Of a stretch of DNA of 64,000 nucleotides, positions 61,673 to 64,000 are shown piece by piece; position 1 is the stretch's first letter; every line of letters begins with the position of its first letter. This stretch comes from an uncultured Gammaproteobacteria bacterium (GTDB lineage Bacteria; Pseudomonadota; Gammaproteobacteria; Pseudomonadales; UBA5518), in the NCBI GenBank assembly GCA_903938575.1, contig CAJADV010000085.1:9491-73490 (forward strand), written 5' to 3'. The position numbers and the translations under genes are program-made. The notes below the pieces were generated by a model. The model worked only from the letters and a program-made list of their open reading frames with translations. It made no database searches and was not told the DNA's origin.

Positions 61673-63553
61673 GTGATACAGCTCTCAGGCGTCCGGCTCG
61701 CGCGAGGGTCGCGCAGCCTTCTCGAGGACGCGACCGTCACCCTGCACGCTGGAGAGCGCGTGGGGGTGATCGGCGCCAACGGTTGCGGCAAGTCCACCCT
61801 GTTCTCCCTGCTGCGCGGCGAACTCCAGTGCGATGCCGGCGATGTGTCGCTGCCCGCAGGCTGGCGCATCGCCTCGATGGAGCAGGAGGTGGCCGCCAGC
61901 GACCGCAGCGCGCTCGATTTCGTGCTGGACGGCGACCGCGAGTACCGCGAGCTCGAAGCGCGGATGGAAACGGCCGAGGGCGCGGAGATAGGCGAGCTGC
62001 ACGCGCGCTTCGGCGCCATCGACGGCTACCGCGCTCCCACACGGGCGCACGGGTTGCTCGACGGCCTGGGCTTCGCGCCCGCAGAGCGCGAACGCGCGGT
62101 GCGGGCGTTCTCGGGCGGCTGGCGCGTCCGCCTTGCACTCGCCCGCACACTGATGTGCCCGAGCGAGCTGATGCTGCTGGACGAGCCCACCAACCACCTC
62201 GACATAGACGCGCTGGTGTGGCTCGAGGCCTGGCTGCTGCGCTATCCCGGTACGCTGCTCATCATCTCCCACGACCGCGAGTTCCTCGACAACGTCGCCA
62301 CGCGGATCATCTCTTTCGAAGGCACGCGGCTCTCGGCCTGGCGTGGCAACTACTCGGCCTTCGAGCTGCAACGCGCCGAGCGCATCGCCGCGCAGCAGGG
62401 CGCTTACGAGAAGCAGCAGACGCGGATCGCCGAGATAGAGCGCTTTGTGGCGCGCTTCAAGGCCAAGGCCACCAAGGCGCGTCAGGCGCAGAGCCGCGTC
62501 AAGGAGCTCGAGCGCATGGCGCGCATCGCCCCGGCGCACATGGACTCGCCCTTCGAACTGCGCCTGCCCTGTTCGGAGCGCGTGTCCACGCCGTTGCTCA
62601 CCATCGCGCGCGCAACGCTCGGCCACACCGGCTCACCCATCCTCTCCGGCGTCGACATAGGCATCATGCCCGGTGAACGGGTGGGACTGCTGGGTGCCAA
62701 CGGGGCGGGGAAATCCACCTTGATCCGCAGCATCGCCGGCGAATTGCCGCTGCTGGCGGGCGAGCGGCACACGGGCGAACACCTGCGGGTGGGTTACTTC
62801 GCGCAGCACCAGCTGGAAGCGCTGGACCCGCAGGCCTCGCCCCTGCTCCATGTGCAGCGCCTGACCCGCAACGCCACCGAGCAATCGATACGCGACTTCC
62901 TTGGCGGTTACGGTTTCCACGGCGAGCAGACCACCTCTGCGGTGGGACGTTTCTCGGGCGGCGAGCAGGCACGGCTCGCGCTCGCGCTGATCGCCTGGCT
63001 GAAGCCGAATCTCCTGCTGCTCGATGAGCCGACCAACCACCTCGACCTCGAGATGCGCCATGCGCTCACCGTGGCGCTGCAGGAATATGCCGGTGCGGTG
63101 CTGCTGGTCTCGCACGACCGGCACCTGCTGAAAAACACCGTGGACGTGTTCTGGCTGGTGCGCGACGGCAAGGTGCGGGAGTTCGACGGCGACCTCGACG
63201 ACTACCGCAAGCTCTCGCTGTCGATGCACCGCGTCGAGCCGGCGATCGAGGCGGGGTCTGCTGCTGCGGCACCAGCACCAGCGCGCGAAGACCGCCGCAG
63301 CGCCGCCGAGCGTCGCGAGCAGCTGCGCCCGCTCAAACAGCGCGTCGCCACGCTGGAAAAGCAGATCGAAAAACTCCAGAAAGATCTCACCGCACTCGAA
63401 GCCCGGCTGTCGGAGCCCGCACTCTACGACCCCGGCCGCAGTGCCGAGGTCCAGCAGTTGCTGCGACAACAGGCATCTATGCGTGAGCAGATGGAGCAGT
63501 ACGAGGAGGAATGGCTGGCTGCGAGCGAGGAGCTCGAGAGCCAGTCAGGCTGA
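61673..63553 (+). CDS. yheS: ABC-F family ATPase (YheS-like)
   Basis: GTG start 61673 (VIQLSGVRL...). Two ABC cassettes (GANGCGKST, GANGAGKST). ALDFVLDGDREYRELEA parallels E. coli YheS. C-terminal coiled coil. Confidence 0.85.
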   Translation: MIQLSGVRLARGSRSLLEDATVTLHAGERVGVIGANGCGKSTLFSLLRGELQCDAGDVSLPAGWRIASMEQEVAASDRSALDFVLDGDREYRELEARMETAEGAEIGELHARFGAIDGYRAPTRAHGLLDGLGFAPAERERAVRAFSGGWRVRLALARTLMCPSELMLLDEPTNHLDIDALVWLEAWLLRYPGTLLIISHDREFLDNVATRIISFEGTRLSAWRGNYSAFELQRAERIAAQQGAYEKQQTRIAEIERFVARFKAKATKARQAQSRVKELERMARIAPAHMDSPFELRLPCSERVSTPLLTIARATLGHTGSPILSGVDIGIMPGERVGLLGANGAGKSTLIRSIAGELPLLAGERHTGEHLRVGYFAQHQLEALDPQASPLLHVQRLTRNATEQSIRDFLGGYGFHGEQTTSAVGRFSGGEQARLALALIAWLKPNLLLLDEPTNHLDLEMRHALTVALQEYAGAVLLVSHDRHLLKNTVDVFWLVRDGKVREFDGDLDDYRKLSLSMHRVEPAIEAGSAAAAPAPAREDRRSAAERREQLRPLKQRVATLEKQIEKLQKDLTALEARLSEPALYDPGRSAEVQQLLRQQASMREQMEQYEEEWLAASEELESQSG

Positions 63554-63572
63554 GGCAGGTGCGCCGCCGGGT

Positions 63573-63911
63573 TCAGCCGAGCGCGGCTACTGCCTCTGCC
63601 AAATCCGTGTAGACAGGCAGGATCACCGTCAGGCCAGAGACTTTCAGCACTTCGAGCACAAGAGGCTGCGGGTTCAGCAACACCATCTTGCCGCCGCGTG
63701 CCTTCAGCGCCTTGGCGGGCGAAATCAGCGTGCGTATTCCCAGCGAGGCGAGGAAGCTCACGCCGGAGAGATCGACCACCACGCCAGAGACGCCAGTGGC
63801 CACCCCGGCCGTGAATTTCAGGTCGATGGACTGGGCACCCATCATGTCCAGACGCCCGGCCAGCGTCACCAGTTTGATGGTGTCAGAGAGTTGTTCGAAG
63901 CTGATTTCCAT
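63573..63911 (-). CDS. STAS-domain anti-sigma-factor antagonist (SpoIIAA-like)
   Basis: 112 aa. VVDLSGVSFLASLGIRTL includes the phosphorylatable-Ser-type motif. The partner genes would lie beyond the window. Confidence 0.8.
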   Translation of the reverse strand: MEISFEQLSDTIKLVTLAGRLDMMGAQSIDLKFTAGVATGVSGVVVDLSGVSFLASLGIRTLISPAKALKARGGKMVLLNPQPLVLEVLKVSGLTVILPVYTDLAEAVAALG

Positions 63912-64000
63912 GCGTTGGCTCTCGGACGGAAGGCGTGAAGTGGGCAGCCAGCATGCTAAGCAAGCCGCAGGACGGACGCAACCGCGCGAACCCGTCGGTG

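Noticed and set aside
61685-63469. 313-aa, 297-aa and 278-aa ORFs within the yheS region
   Set aside because: They are alternative or antisense frames of an ABC-F gene that is collinear with E. coli YheS.

Overview
This is a GC-rich, Gammaproteobacteria-like chromosomal segment; codon third positions are almost all G/C, which produces many long antisense shadow ORFs. I support about 55 protein-coding genes, one tRNA, one intact IS element and several gene relics.

Layout:
- 1-5.8 kb: a Rieske oxygenase, reductase and meta-cleavage-type hydrolase operon that ends in a leucine-rich-repeat gene absent from the ORF track, plus GntR and SDR genes.
- 5.9-17.0 kb: a tightly packed six-gene minus-strand operon. 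It encodes a TPP enzyme, a TonB-dependent receptor, two citrate-synthase-fold proteins, an orphan periplasmic binding protein, and a 1500-aa HK-REC-Hpt-REC-GGDEF-EAL sensor. This is my best candidate for an undescribed system.
- 17.2-22.9 kb: core genes (esterase, dapA-bamC-MBL-purC, tRNA-Ser).
- 23-36 kb: a mosaic accessory stretch starting at the tRNA. It holds an AT-richer patch, an IS5-family element abutting a HepT relic, a frameshifted parDE relic, a SnoaL-GMC-VOC triad, and a liv-type ABC operon bracketed by two IS91-family transposase relics.
- 36-42.5 kb: glyoxylate-shunt cluster (aceA, LysR, glcB, aceK).
- 42.5-49.2 kb: a second TonB receptor, an aldolase, and a coupled periplasmic haem/beta-helix trio.
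- 49.4-64 kb: a kinase-like protein, a tandem-MarR efflux operon, envelope and repair genes, an acyl-CoA dehydrogenase pair with DUF35 and thiolase, can, yheS and a STAS protein.

I saw no rRNA, CRISPR array, integrase or intact defence system. All functional calls rest on motif recognition by eye and need database confirmation.
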